This document shows, piece after piece, positions 10,208 to 20,340 of a stretch of DNA of 64,000 bases (positions are counted from its first letter, which is position 1; each line of letters starts with the position of its first letter). The stretch spans positions 1,632,001 through 1,696,000 of the forward strand of contig CAWFQK010000004.1 in NCBI GenBank assembly GCA_963817955.1, given 5' to 3'. Both the position numbers and the translations under genes were made by a program. The notes below the pieces were generated by a model, which had not been told where the DNA came from, ran no database searches, and saw nothing but the letters and a program-made list of their open reading frames with translations. Source of the DNA: an uncultured Gemmatimonadaceae bacterium (GTDB taxonomy: Bacteria; Gemmatimonadota; Gemmatimonadetes; Gemmatimonadales; Gemmatimonadaceae).

Positions 10208-12004
10208 ATGACTTTATCCATTACAGGGCTCCCTCTTCCCCTCCCCGTGCATGCCTGGCTTCCGCTCGGGCTAGCGGCGCTGGCGCCTCTCGCGTTATTG
10301 GCAGTGTTCGCGCCACCATGGCGTCGCCAGGTACGAGGAATTGCCGCGGCGCTCGCCTTGCGAACGGTGCTCGTGCTCGGGCTCGGAACCGCAACCATCG
10401 CCACCGTTGCCACCGTCTCCGTGGTGCGGGCCGGCTTGCGCGAACTTCGCGATCGTCACGACCCCCGCCTCCACGCGCTCGCCAGCGTCATCGAGGCGAC
10501 GGCGACTGGTCGCTACAGCGCCGACGCGAGCCTCCTCCTCGCGGACTACCAATCGAGGGCAGCGAGCGGCGGATTCGTCGCGTACAGCGCGAGCGCGTGC
10601 CAATCCGCTTGCCTCATCATCGGCGATCAACAGGCTCCCGCTGTGGCGACGCTCAAATCACGTCTCGCCCAAAGCTGGCCCAAGGACCAACGCGCCGAGT
10701 ATTTCGTACGCATTGGCGATCGGCCGTTCCTGCTGCTCACGGAGCCCGTGCACGACACACGCGGTGTCGCGATCGCAAACGTGGTCGCAGGGGTCGACGC
10801 GCAGCCACTGGCGGACCATGCGACGCGTACGGCATGGACGCTCCTCATCATCTCTTATACGCTCCTGGTGGTGGTGGGCTGGAGTTCGTGGCAACAACTC
10901 AATTCCTCACTTGCCGCCCGCATCCATGCCATCACCGAGCAGATCCAGGACGGCCGGGCCGGCGAGCCGAACCAGCCGCACGCCATTGCGGGTAAGGAGC
11001 TGGGCGATCTGGCAAACAGTGTCTCCGCGTACATCCAGTCGAGGCTCGAGGAACAGCGCGAGACCGCCGAGCACCATCGCCGTCTGGCGGAACTCGCGCC
11101 TGACGGCATCATCATGTGCTCTTCCGAGGGGATCACGTTCGTGAATGCCGCCGCGCTGGCGCTCGCCGGCACCAGCGACGAGCGACACCTGCTTGGGCGA
11201 CCGATCTCGGATTTTCTCGATGTCGAATGCAGCCGAAGCGCCGAACCGGGAACCGGCGTGTTGTATCCCGGGCGGTGGCGACGGCTCGATGGCACCGAGT
11301 TGCACGCCGATATCGCTGAGATCACCGACTCGAGCCGGCAGGGCATCCAGCAATTCGTCGTGCGCGACGTCACCGACCGGCGTTTGCAGGAGGCAGCCCT
11401 GGCACACCGCGCCGAACACGACGCGCTCACGGGGCTCGTGAACCGCGGTCGCTTCGAAACGCGGCTCGAACACATGCTCACGCCCGCCGACGCGCCACAT
11501 GGGCATCCGCCGCGCTTCATTGCCGTTCTTTATATAGATCTCGATGGTTTCAAGCGGGTCAACGATCGCCACGGGCATGCCGCGGGGGACGCGGTCCTCA
11601 TCGCCGTCGCGGCGCGCCTGCGTGAATCGACCCGCGACCAGGACGTCATTGCCCGGCTGGGCGGTGATGAGTTCGCGGTGCTCCTCGACCTCGACGACCA
11701 CATCGAAGTCAACGCCGTAGCCGCTCGCATCCTGGACACGCTCCAGCAGCCCGTGCGGTTCGATGGCATGGAGCTTCGGATTGGAGCGAGCATCGGCATT
11801 GCGGACACTCGTTCCGTCGAAGCAGCACTCGCATCGCTCGGCACCGGCAACACTCCACTCTCGGCAGCAGATCTCCTGCGTGCCGCCGACGCCGCGATGT
11901 ACAGTGCCAAGGCGGGCGGCGGGCATAGCTTCGGGCGAGTGGCAGCCGTTCCCTCCGCCGCCCGCCAGAGAACAGGCCGGGCGCTCGCACCCCTCGTGGC
12001 CTGA
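10208..12004 (+). CDS. Membrane-bound PAS-GGDEF diguanylate cyclase
   Basis: TM segments, PAS ('APDGII..FVN'), 'HDALTGLVNR', 'DLDGFKRVND', I-site RDQD, GGDEF, 'ADAAMY'. Confidence 0.93.
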   Translation: MTLSITGLPLPLPVHAWLPLGLAALAPLALLAVFAPPWRRQVRGIAAALALRTVLVLGLGTATIATVATVSVVRAGLRELRDRHDPRLHALASVIEATATGRYSADASLLLADYQSRAASGGFVAYSASACQSACLIIGDQQAPAVATLKSRLAQSWPKDQRAEYFVRIGDRPFLLLTEPVHDTRGVAIANVVAGVDAQPLADHATRTAWTLLIISYTLLVVVGWSSWQQLNSSLAARIHAITEQIQDGRAGEPNQPHAIAGKELGDLANSVSAYIQSRLEEQRETAEHHRRLAELAPDGIIMCSSEGITFVNAAALALAGTSDERHLLGRPISDFLDVECSRSAEPGTGVLYPGRWRRLDGTELHADIAEITDSSRQGIQQFVVRDVTDRRLQEAALAHRAEHDALTGLVNRGRFETRLEHMLTPADAPHGHPPRFIAVLYIDLDGFKRVNDRHGHAAGDAVLIAVAARLRESTRDQDVIARLGGDEFAVLLDLDDHIEVNAVAARILDTLQQPVRFDGMELRIGASIGIADTRSVEAALASLGTGNTPLSAADLLRAADAAMYSAKAGGGHSFGRVAAVPSAARQRTGRALAPLVA

Positions 12005-12144
12005 TGAGGGAATGACCTCCCGGTCCATCTTCCATCCCAGTCTCAACTCTCGCGCAGCTCGAGCCGATACTTGAACTATCGCGTCTCCGGCTCCCCCCGC
12101 CCGCCGGCCCGCCATCACTGTTTCTCCCGTAGGAGCGAACACGT

Positions 12145-12600
12145 ATGTCGATCTCCCCCATTTCGGGCGGCTCGCCTCAGGTCTGGACCGGCGCGAGCGT
12201 GCGGACGTCCCCTTCCACGAAAATGGCGAACCTGTTCGACCAGATCGATTCGAGCGGGTCCGGGTCTATCTCGAAGAGTCAGTTCGAGCAGGCCTTCCAG
12301 ACCCTGAACCCGCCACGCGGCGTTCAGCAAGCTGGCGCCGATGCCATTTGGAACGTGCTCGATCCGAACCACACGGGCTCGGTGAACAAGCATGACTTCG
12401 TGACGGGTATGGCCACCGTCATGAAAGAGGTGCGTGCCCATCACCATTCCAGTGCCAATCCCGCCCAGACAGCCACCCCGGCGGCAACGGACTCCTTCGC
12501 CAGCATGCTTTCGACAAGCCTGAACCTGCTCAACCAGGTCACCGGGCAGGCCAGCGACGGCGCGCAGGCGAAGGGTTCGTCGATCGACGTAACCGGGTAA
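12145..12600 (+). CDS. EF-hand domain protein
   Basis: Two EF-like loops, DSSGSGSISKSQF and DPNHTGSVNKHDF; AGGAG RBS. Confidence 0.8.
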   Translation: MSISPISGGSPQVWTGASVRTSPSTKMANLFDQIDSSGSGSISKSQFEQAFQTLNPPRGVQQAGADAIWNVLDPNHTGSVNKHDFVTGMATVMKEVRAHHHSSANPAQTATPAATDSFASMLSTSLNLLNQVTGQASDGAQAKGSSIDVTG

Positions 12601-12606
12601 TCGCGG

Positions 12607-13587
12607 GTGGCAAGTGCGGCGATGACCCTCGACATGTGCATCCGCGCATACTCGTTCCAGGCCATGGGAACGGACTGCGCGGCGCACCTTGCTGGAGACC
12701 CCGCCGTCACCTCGGCCGCCGCGGCATTGGTCATCGAGGAAGTTCGGCGCATCGAGTCCACCTACTCGCGCTATCAGCGCGACAGTGTTCTCTCGCTCAT
12801 CAATCAAGCTGGCGCACGAGGTGCGTCGGTGACTGTCGATGCTGAAACCACCGGACTCCTCGACTATGCCTTTGCGCTCCATCGGGCGAGCGACGGTCTC
12901 TTCGACATCACGTCAGGCGTTCTGCGGCAAGCTTGGGACTTCGACTCGGGCCGGTTGCCGGCACCGGGCGCCATCGAACGACTCTTACCGCGCGTAGGTC
13001 TGCATCGCGTCGAATGGGACGCTCCCATTCTCCGCTTCGGCGTTGCCGGAATGGAAATCGACTTTGGGGGAATCGGAAAGGAGTATGCCGTGGATCGCGC
13101 CGCCGAGATCTGCCGCGACGCAGGGATCACGTCCGGCCTCATCGACCTGGGCGGCGACATTCGCGTCATCGGCCCGCTGCCGAATGGCGCCCCGTGGACG
13201 GTGCACGTCCGCCATCCCAGACGGCCGGATTGCGCGCTCGCCACACTGTCCGTCGCCAACGGGGCGGTGGCGAGTAGCGGTGACTATGAGCGTTTCATGG
13301 AGATCGACGGCGTTCGCTACTCTCACATCCTGGACCCAACCACAGGATGGCCGGTTCGCGGATTGGCTGCTGTAACAGTCAGCACCGACGCCTGCATCGT
13401 TGCCGGCAGCCTCGCCACCGTCGCGATGCTCAAAGCATCGAATGGCCCGGCATGGCTCCAGACACTCGGCGTCCCGCACGTGTGGATGGACGAGCAAGGC
13501 GCCGTTGGTGGCAATCGCGTACCACTTTCTCGGCCATCACTCTGGCGGCGCGAGAGGCGGGTGCAGCAGACTCGCGCTATCGGCTAA
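12607..13587 (+). CDS. apbE: FAD:protein FMN transferase (ApbE family), no signal peptide
   Basis: 'FQAMGT', 'SDGLFDIT', 'IDFGGIGKEYAVD', 'DLGGDI', 'SSGDYER', 'YSHILDPTTGWP'. Confidence 0.93.
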   Translation: MASAAMTLDMCIRAYSFQAMGTDCAAHLAGDPAVTSAAAALVIEEVRRIESTYSRYQRDSVLSLINQAGARGASVTVDAETTGLLDYAFALHRASDGLFDITSGVLRQAWDFDSGRLPAPGAIERLLPRVGLHRVEWDAPILRFGVAGMEIDFGGIGKEYAVDRAAEICRDAGITSGLIDLGGDIRVIGPLPNGAPWTVHVRHPRRPDCALATLSVANGAVASSGDYERFMEIDGVRYSHILDPTTGWPVRGLAAVTVSTDACIVAGSLATVAMLKASNGPAWLQTLGVPHVWMDEQGAVGGNRVPLSRPSLWRRERRVQQTRAIG

Positions 13588-14768
13588 GCGGAACCGTCCC
13601 CATCCTCCGGCAGCAGGATCTGGAACGTGGTGCCCTGCTCGTGGCTCGACGTGAAGCTCACTTTACCCCCCAGGTAACGCTCGCCGAACAGCTTCATCGC
13701 GAAGGTCCCCAGTCCCCGCCCAATCCCATCTTTCGTGCTGAACGACCGCCGGAAGATCTGACGTGCAATCGTCGGCGGAATGCTCCCGGGATTCCAAACG
13801 TTGAACATCGGCCGGCCGTCTCGCCGCTCGAACCGAACGTGCACCTCGGCGCCCGGCTCGACCGCCTCGAAGGCGTTCTTCACCATGTTCGTGAGCACCC
13901 GCACGAGCAGGATCGAGTCCACCATCACCGTTTCCTCATCGGCGACTCTGCCCACCTTGAGCTGCTTGCCCTGGGAGACCTCGTGCAGACTGAACAACGA
14001 TTCGAGCATGCCCAGGAAGACATTGACCGACGCGCGCTGAAACGATGTCTCGAGCTCTCCAGTTTCGCCCTGGAGCAACTGCCGGTGCTCCTCCATCTCG
14101 AGCAGCAGCCGTTTGGTGAGGATGGCGATGCGCTCGGCGGCCTGTCGCGGATCGGCCGCCTCGCCCCGCTCGAGTAGTTGGCTCCAGCCGAGGAGCCCGC
14201 CGAGCGTGTTTCGGATGTCGTGGAAGAACACCCGTTCCATCGCCTCACGACGCTTCTGGCCGCTGATGTCGTTGAGCACGAGCATCGTCACCGTCATGTC
14301 TCCGAGATCGATGGACGAAGCGCGGACCCGAAAATCGACCGCGTCGTTGCCGCTCTCGCCCTCGACCCACAGCCGGAACTCACCTGTCACCGGCTTTTGA
14401 GTCCGCTGACTGTCGAGGATCACGCGCACGGCGTTGCACGTCGCGCACACTGAACCGGTTCCACACCCCCCTGGTCCGGTTTCTCGGTTCAGGCACGCCA
14501 TTGCATCGCCGGGGCGCCGGCCGAGCAGGGTGGCAATGGAGTCTGCGTGAAACCGGCGGAGCGCCTGCGGGTTCGCGGCCAACACCTGGCGCTGCCGATT
14601 GAGGATGAACAGGAATCCATCAACGACGTCGCACAACGTGGCAACGATGGGCGAGCGCGCGACCAGCGCGATCTGCTGCTCGAGCGTTTCCGGGCTCACC
14701 AGTTCTGCGGGAACAAACTCGGTGAATTCACCCACGACGCCGTCCTTGCGTTGGGCCGATTGCATCAT
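13584..14768 (-). CDS. Soluble sensor histidine kinase with Cys-rich PAS-like domain
   Basis: H-box 'FFHDIRN', N-box 'NMVKNAFEA', 'FSTKDGIGRGLG'; C-x9-C-x5-C-x2-C motif. The start could instead be TTG 14774. Confidence 0.9.
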   Translation of the reverse strand: MMQSAQRKDGVVGEFTEFVPAELVSPETLEQQIALVARSPIVATLCDVVDGFLFILNRQRQVLAANPQALRRFHADSIATLLGRRPGDAMACLNRETGPGGCGTGSVCATCNAVRVILDSQRTQKPVTGEFRLWVEGESGNDAVDFRVRASSIDLGDMTVTMLVLNDISGQKRREAMERVFFHDIRNTLGGLLGWSQLLERGEAADPRQAAERIAILTKRLLLEMEEHRQLLQGETGELETSFQRASVNVFLGMLESLFSLHEVSQGKQLKVGRVADEETVMVDSILLVRVLTNMVKNAFEAVEPGAEVHVRFERRDGRPMFNVWNPGSIPPTIARQIFRRSFSTKDGIGRGLGTFAMKLFGERYLGGKVSFTSSHEQGTTFQILLPEDGDGSA

Positions 14769-14976
14769 ACTCAAATCTGGCTCTCCCTGCTGTGCTCAAT
14801 AAGATCTCTGCGCGGCCGATTAGACAGTTTAGCGTCCTGAATTGCATCCAGTAAGAGATCACCGCCCGATGCCGGATGGAGCGAGGTCAGCAGATGGTGA
14901 GGCATACGGCTTGCGCCGGAACCGCCGCGACCAGCGATCTGATCTCGCACCGGTCGCTCAACATGAGGCTGTTGCA

Positions 14977-15837
14977 ATGAGACGAACGTCTGCGATTCAG
15001 CCACTGATCTTCTTCGGGGTTCTCGTCGTCGGAGCCGTGATCTCCGTGTTGGCCGGTGGCTCACCGACCAGCCCCAACGTTCCGATAGCCGTCGGCACCA
15101 TCATCCTTGCATGTCTTCTGGCGGTTGCGGTGAAGGTGGCCAGCGAGTGGGACCGGGCAGTGGTGCTCCGACTGGGCCACTTTCGGTCGCTCAGCGGGCC
15201 CGGCCTGTTCGTCATCATTCCGATCATCGACACCATTCCGTACTGGATCGACATTCGCGTCATCACCGGCTCATTCAAGGCCGAAAAAAGTCTCACCCGG
15301 GACACCGTGCCGGTTGACGTCGATGCCGTGCTGTTCTGGAAGGTCATCGATCCCAAGAAGGCCGCGCTGGACGTGGCCGACTATCAGAGCGCGATCAGTT
15401 GGGCGTCACAGACTGCGCTACGCGACGTGATCGGGAAGACGCAATTGTCCGATATGCTCGAAGGGCGGGACAAGATCTCCGCCGAATTGCAGCGGATCAT
15501 CGATCAGCGCACCGAACCGTGGGGAGTGAATGTCATTTCCGTGGAGGTCAAGGACGTGCTGATCCCGCCGGGTCTCGAAAACGCGATGTCGATGCAAGCC
15601 CAGGCGGAGCGCGAGCGGCAAGCGCGGGTCATTCTGGGGGATTCGGAACGGCAGGTGGCGGAAAAATTTGGCGAGGCCGCCAAGACCTATGCCAACAATC
15701 CCACGGCGTTTCACCTCCGGGCAATGAACATGTTGTACGAAGGCCTGAAGCAGAACTCGACGATCGTCATCGTGCCCAGTACCGTCGTGGAGACAATGCA
15801 GTTGGGCGGGCTCACGGCCCTGCCGCCAACCAAGTGA
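14977..15837 (+). CDS. SPFH/stomatin (slipin) family protein
   Basis: 'EWDRAVVLRLG..GPGLFVIIP', 'LTRDTVPVDVDAV', 'QTALRDVIG', 'QAQAERERQARVI'. Confidence 0.93.
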   Translation: MRRTSAIQPLIFFGVLVVGAVISVLAGGSPTSPNVPIAVGTIILACLLAVAVKVASEWDRAVVLRLGHFRSLSGPGLFVIIPIIDTIPYWIDIRVITGSFKAEKSLTRDTVPVDVDAVLFWKVIDPKKAALDVADYQSAISWASQTALRDVIGKTQLSDMLEGRDKISAELQRIIDQRTEPWGVNVISVEVKDVLIPPGLENAMSMQAQAERERQARVILGDSERQVAEKFGEAAKTYANNPTAFHLRAMNMLYEGLKQNSTIVIVPSTVVETMQLGGLTALPPTK

Positions 15838-15846
15838 TTCGCTAGT

Positions 15847-17097
15847 CTACACGCGATCCGGCGCCCCGTTCCCAGACTCCGGAAGGCCCGCGGGATCGGC
15901 CGCAAGTCCCAGCCGGCTCACCAAGAGCGGCATCGTCGCGCCCTGCACGAGCAACGAGAGAACGGTTGCGCCGACGGTCACGGCCATCAGTACGTCGCGG
16001 CCAGCGAATGTCTCGGGTAGCGAAAGGGCGAGCACCATGGACAGTGCACCGCGCAGGCCCCCCCAGGTCAGAACGGCAGCCCAACTCCATGGCATGCGCT
16101 TTCTGACCGTTCGCTGCCCGGCAAAGAGCAGCAGCACGATGATGGCTCGAGCCACGAGCATGGCGACAAAGGCCGCCGCGATCTCGCGCCCAACGTGCAG
16201 CAACGACGCCGGCCGGAACTCGAAGCCAATGAGAAGGAAGACGATCGAGTTGAGTGCGAACCCGACATATTCCCAGAAGCTCTCGACCGCCGCCCGCGAC
16301 GCCGGGGACATCCCCAAGTCGCGCCCCTGGCGCGCACAGCACATTCCGGCGACGACCGTCGCCAGCACGCCCGAGACTCCGAGCGCGTCGGCGAGCACGA
16401 ACGATCCGTAAGCGGCGATCATCGTGAGCGCGATTTCGATCATTGGCGCATCGATGTGGCGGATCATCCGAGCGATGCCGAATCCGGACGCCAACCCGAT
16501 CAGAACGCCGCCGCCGGCGATGAGAATGAACTGGACCGATATCCACTGGGTCGATGATGCGGCACTGCTTCCCGTGAGCAGGGACAGCACGAGCGTGAGC
16601 AGGACGATGCCCGTGCCGTCATTGAACAAGCTCTCTGACTCCACCAGCGCGGCGAGATCGGAGGGTGCTTTGACTTCTCTGAATAGCGCCGTCACGGCGA
16701 CGGGATCGGTAGCCGCGACGAGTGCACCGAACACTACGCCGAAGCGCCAGTCGATCGCCGATGCGCCGGTCATGACGCGGATCAGCCCACCGAACACGGC
16801 AGCGGTTGCCAACATGCCAATGATCACGCCGGGAACGGCGAGGGCGATCGTGCTTTTCCAGACGCGGCGGAAGGCGTCGAGATCCAGATGAAATGCAGAC
16901 TCGAACAGCAGCCCGGGCAGGAAGAACGTAAAGAGCAGTTCTTTCGTGAGTCGCGGCGGACTGACGAGGCCGAGCGCTCCAATGGCCAGCCCGGTGACGA
17001 CCAGTGCAACTGTGTACGGAATCCGGACGCGGCGCACGGCAACGGCGACGGCGGTGGCGACGCAGAATAGGAGAACGAGCGTGCTGGCCGGATTCAT
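15847..17097 (-). CDS. CPA1 Na+/H+ antiporter (NhaP-like)
   Basis: 'GALVAATDPVAV', 'ESESLFNDG', 'GGLRGALS'. Confidence 0.93.
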   Translation of the reverse strand: MNPASTLVLLFCVATAVAVAVRRVRIPYTVALVVTGLAIGALGLVSPPRLTKELLFTFFLPGLLFESAFHLDLDAFRRVWKSTIALAVPGVIIGMLATAAVFGGLIRVMTGASAIDWRFGVVFGALVAATDPVAVTALFREVKAPSDLAALVESESLFNDGTGIVLLTLVLSLLTGSSAASSTQWISVQFILIAGGGVLIGLASGFGIARMIRHIDAPMIEIALTMIAAYGSFVLADALGVSGVLATVVAGMCCARQGRDLGMSPASRAAVESFWEYVGFALNSIVFLLIGFEFRPASLLHVGREIAAAFVAMLVARAIIVLLLFAGQRTVRKRMPWSWAAVLTWGGLRGALSMVLALSLPETFAGRDVLMAVTVGATVLSLLVQGATMPLLVSRLGLAADPAGLPESGNGAPDRV

Positions 17098-17241
17098 TGA
17101 GCGAATGTCGTCGAACGGCACATACGCGAATTACACCGCTCGAGCCATTCGAGAAACCGATGCATGCATGGGAATCTAATTGACCCTGCTTTTGCGCGGC
17201 CGCTCGTTCCGTCTTGCCTCGGCGCGCCGACTACGACTTAT

Positions 17242-17260
17242 TGTAAAGGCAACCTTTGCA
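17242..17260. promoter_or_regulatory. Palindromic operator-like site between the divergent antiporter and MFS genes
   Basis: TGTAAAGG-CAA-CCTTTGCA (7 of 8 pairs) in an AT-rich intergenic patch. Confidence 0.45.
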
Positions 17261-17351
17261 GTCGACCCGGCGGCCGGCGTCGAACTCCTCCAACGTCTCG
17301 TATCGTGCCGCTCGCCGCGCTTCACACGCTGTGTGTCATGGGTGTTCTCGC

Positions 17352-18605
17352 GTGAAGGGCACCTTCCGTTCGCTGAACAGCTACAACTATCGGTTGTGGG
17401 CCGGCGGCGCGCTCGTGTCCAACGTGGGCACATGGATGCAGCGCGTCGCGCAGGACTGGATCGTGCTCACCCAGCTCACGCACCAGAGCGCGACGGCCGT
17501 CGGCATCGTGATGTCGCTCCAGTTCGGGCCGCAGATCCTCTTTCTGCCGGTGACCGGTTTCGCAGCCGATCACCTGGACCTGAGAAAGCTGCTGATCGCC
17601 ACGCAGGCGGCGATGGGCGCACTCGCGTTGGGCCTCGGCATCCTCACCGTTGCTGGTCTCGTCCAGCTCTGGCACGTGTACGTGTTCGCCTTCCTGCTCG
17701 GCTGCGTCACCGCATTCGACGCGACGGCACGCCAGACGTTCGTCTCGGAGCTCGTCGCCGATGTCGACCTGTCGAACGCCGTGGCACTGAACTCGACGTC
17801 GTTCAACGCGGCGAGAATGATCGGCCCCGCGATCGCGGGCGTCCTCATCTCGGTCGTGGGATCTGGATGGGTCTTCCTGATCAACGCGGCGTCATTCGTC
17901 GCCGTGATCGGCTCGCTCGCGTTCCTTCGGAAGGAGGAGCTGCACAGGAAGGCCCGTGCGCCGCGAACCCCGGGCAGCATGGTCGAGGGATTTCGCTATG
18001 TGTGGAAGCGACCAGATCTCAAGGCTGTGCTCCTCATGTTCTTTCTGATCGGAACATTCGGATTCAACTTTCCGATCTTCATCTCGACCATGTCCGTCAC
18101 GGTGTTCCATGCCGGCGCGCATCAGTACGGCCTGTTGACGTCGGTCATGGCGATGGGGTCGGTGGCCGGCGCGCTGCTGTCGGCTCGGCGCGAGAAACCG
18201 CGCGTCGAACTCCTGTTGACGGGCGCCGGGCTGTTCGGGCTGGGCGCGGGACTCGGCGCGATCATGCCCAACTATGTGCTGTTCGGAATGGCCCTCGCCC
18301 TCGTTGGTGTGTCGGCGCAAACGTTCAGCACGACGGCGAACGGCACGGTGCAGCTCTCCACCGAGCCCGTGATGCGGGGGCGCGTGATGGCGATCCTGCT
18401 CGCGGTGGCCATGGGCGGCACGCCCCTCGGTGCCCCGATCGTCGGGTGGGTGGCGGACCGATTCGGACCACGATGGGCACTCGCCGTGGCGGCGGGCGCC
18501 GGGTGGGCGGCGGTTCTGGTGGGACTTCACTACTTGACGAAGCATCGGCAGCTCCGTATGCACGTACACGCGGGGCGCATTCGGTTCAGTTTCGACAATC
18601 AATAA
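17352..18605 (+). CDS. MFS transporter (MFS_3/DUF894-like)
   Basis: 'NYRLWAGGALVSNVGTWMQRVAQDW', 'NAVALNSTSFNAARMIGP', about 12 TM segments; GTG start inferred. Confidence 0.92.
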   Translation: MKGTFRSLNSYNYRLWAGGALVSNVGTWMQRVAQDWIVLTQLTHQSATAVGIVMSLQFGPQILFLPVTGFAADHLDLRKLLIATQAAMGALALGLGILTVAGLVQLWHVYVFAFLLGCVTAFDATARQTFVSELVADVDLSNAVALNSTSFNAARMIGPAIAGVLISVVGSGWVFLINAASFVAVIGSLAFLRKEELHRKARAPRTPGSMVEGFRYVWKRPDLKAVLLMFFLIGTFGFNFPIFISTMSVTVFHAGAHQYGLLTSVMAMGSVAGALLSARREKPRVELLLTGAGLFGLGAGLGAIMPNYVLFGMALALVGVSAQTFSTTANGTVQLSTEPVMRGRVMAILLAVAMGGTPLGAPIVGWVADRFGPRWALAVAAGAGWAAVLVGLHYLTKHRQLRMHVHAGRIRFSFDNQ

Positions 18606-18614
18606 ATTTTCACA

Positions 18615-20195
18615 ATGCGGGCCATGCTTACACTCCGGTCACACATGCGCGGATACGGCGCGATCGCCGCGCTGCTCGGATTCCTCACGCTGGCGGCAGT
18701 TCCCGCCGCGGCGCAGCGTCTCGATCCCATCCTCTACACGGTCAGCATTCCCGCGGCTGAAACACACGTTGCCGTCGTCGAGGCGCGCGTGCCGACGTCG
18801 AATCGGGCCACGGTGGAGTTGATGATGCCCGTGTGGTCGCCCGGGTACTATGTGAGAGAGGATTATGCGCAGCGCGTGCTGCACGTCGTCGCGCGATCGC
18901 CGAATGGCGACTCGCTGGCGATCGAGCAACCGCAGCCGAACCATTGGCGCATTCGCACGGGCGGGGCCGCCACGATCACCCTCCGCTACGAATTGCAGTG
19001 CGGCGTACGCTCCGTGACGGGGAATTGGGTCGGCACCGACATGGCGGTGTTGAACGGCGCTCCAACCTTCATCACGCTACTCGAGCATACGCAGCGGCCG
19101 CACGACGTTCACCTCGTCTTGCCAGCGTCGTGGCACCAGAGTGCAACGTCACTCGCCGCCGCCACCGACCACGCACCGAATCACTATGTCGCGGCGGGGT
19201 ATGACGAGCTGGTCGACTCGCCAATCGTGATGGGCAACATCTCGGTACACGAGTTCGAGGTCGCGGGCGCCAAGCACACGCTCGCCGACATTGGCGACGT
19301 TCCCGCGACGTGGAACGGGCAGCTCGCTGCGGACAACCTCGAGAAGATCGCACAGGCGAACGCGCGTTTCTGGGGCTTCCTGCCGTTCACCAAGTACGTC
19401 TTCCTGAACGTGTTTCGACAGGGCGGCGGAGGGCTGGAGCATCTCAACTCCACGCTGCTCACGTCGAGCCCGCGCTCGGAGAACGGCGGCAACCAACGCT
19501 GGCTGGAGTATGTGGCGCACGAGTATTTTCATGCGGAAAACGTGAAGCGCTTGCGTCCGGTCGAGTTGGGACCGTTCGACTACGAGCACCCGCCGGCCAC
19601 CGCAAGCCTCTGGCTCTCGGAAGGCGTGACGTCCTATTACGGCGACCTGCTCGTCACGCGATCGGGCATCGACGCGCCGCGCGATTTTCTTGCGTCGCTT
19701 TCCAAGGACATCACGTCACTCCAGACGTCACCCGGGCGGTTGGTCCAGACGCTGGAGCAGGCGTCGCTCGGAATCTTTGCCACCGGTGGATCGGGCGTTG
19801 GCGGCGACCGCAATAGCACGGTGAGCTACTACGTGAAGGGATGCGTGCTCGGATGGTTGCTCGACGCGCGCATCCAGCACGCCACCAACGGGAGGAAGAG
19901 TTTCGACGACGTGATGCGATTGGCGTATCAGCGATTCGGTGGTGTGCATGGCTTCACACCTGAGGAGTTCGTCGCGGTCGCGTCGGAGGTGGCCGGAGCG
20001 GACCTCGCGCCGTTCTTCCACAAGTCGCTGCAGACAACCGACGAACTGGACTACTCCGAGGCGCTCGCCTGGTTCGGCTTACGCTTTTCGGCGTCGCCGG
20101 ACCCGGCCAAAGCGTGGACGTTGGAAGAGCGTCCCGAGGCAACGCCGGCGCAGAAGGAGCACCTTGGCAGGTTGACGGCGGTCACTCTGAAGTAA
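18615..20195 (+). CDS. M61 family glycyl aminopeptidase (no PDZ domain)
   Basis: Signal peptide, 'MPVWSPGYY', 'GGGLEH', zinc motif 'AHEYFH', 'LWLSEGVTSYY', 'SYYVKG'. Confidence 0.92.
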   Translation: MRAMLTLRSHMRGYGAIAALLGFLTLAAVPAAAQRLDPILYTVSIPAAETHVAVVEARVPTSNRATVELMMPVWSPGYYVREDYAQRVLHVVARSPNGDSLAIEQPQPNHWRIRTGGAATITLRYELQCGVRSVTGNWVGTDMAVLNGAPTFITLLEHTQRPHDVHLVLPASWHQSATSLAAATDHAPNHYVAAGYDELVDSPIVMGNISVHEFEVAGAKHTLADIGDVPATWNGQLAADNLEKIAQANARFWGFLPFTKYVFLNVFRQGGGGLEHLNSTLLTSSPRSENGGNQRWLEYVAHEYFHAENVKRLRPVELGPFDYEHPPATASLWLSEGVTSYYGDLLVTRSGIDAPRDFLASLSKDITSLQTSPGRLVQTLEQASLGIFATGGSGVGGDRNSTVSYYVKGCVLGWLLDARIQHATNGRKSFDDVMRLAYQRFGGVHGFTPEEFVAVASEVAGADLAPFFHKSLQTTDELDYSEALAWFGLRFSASPDPAKAWTLEERPEATPAQKEHLGRLTAVTLK

Positions 20196-20340
20196 CGGGC
20201 TGAGTTGGGCCAATTGTTGCTCGGCAATTCGAGCCAACAATGGGAGGTCACATGAGATTCATCACCGTATCAGCCTCGGTGCTGACGGCGTGCGCCTCGT
20301 CGCTCGCCGCGCAGAGGGAGCGGCGTTCCCAGCCGCCCCG

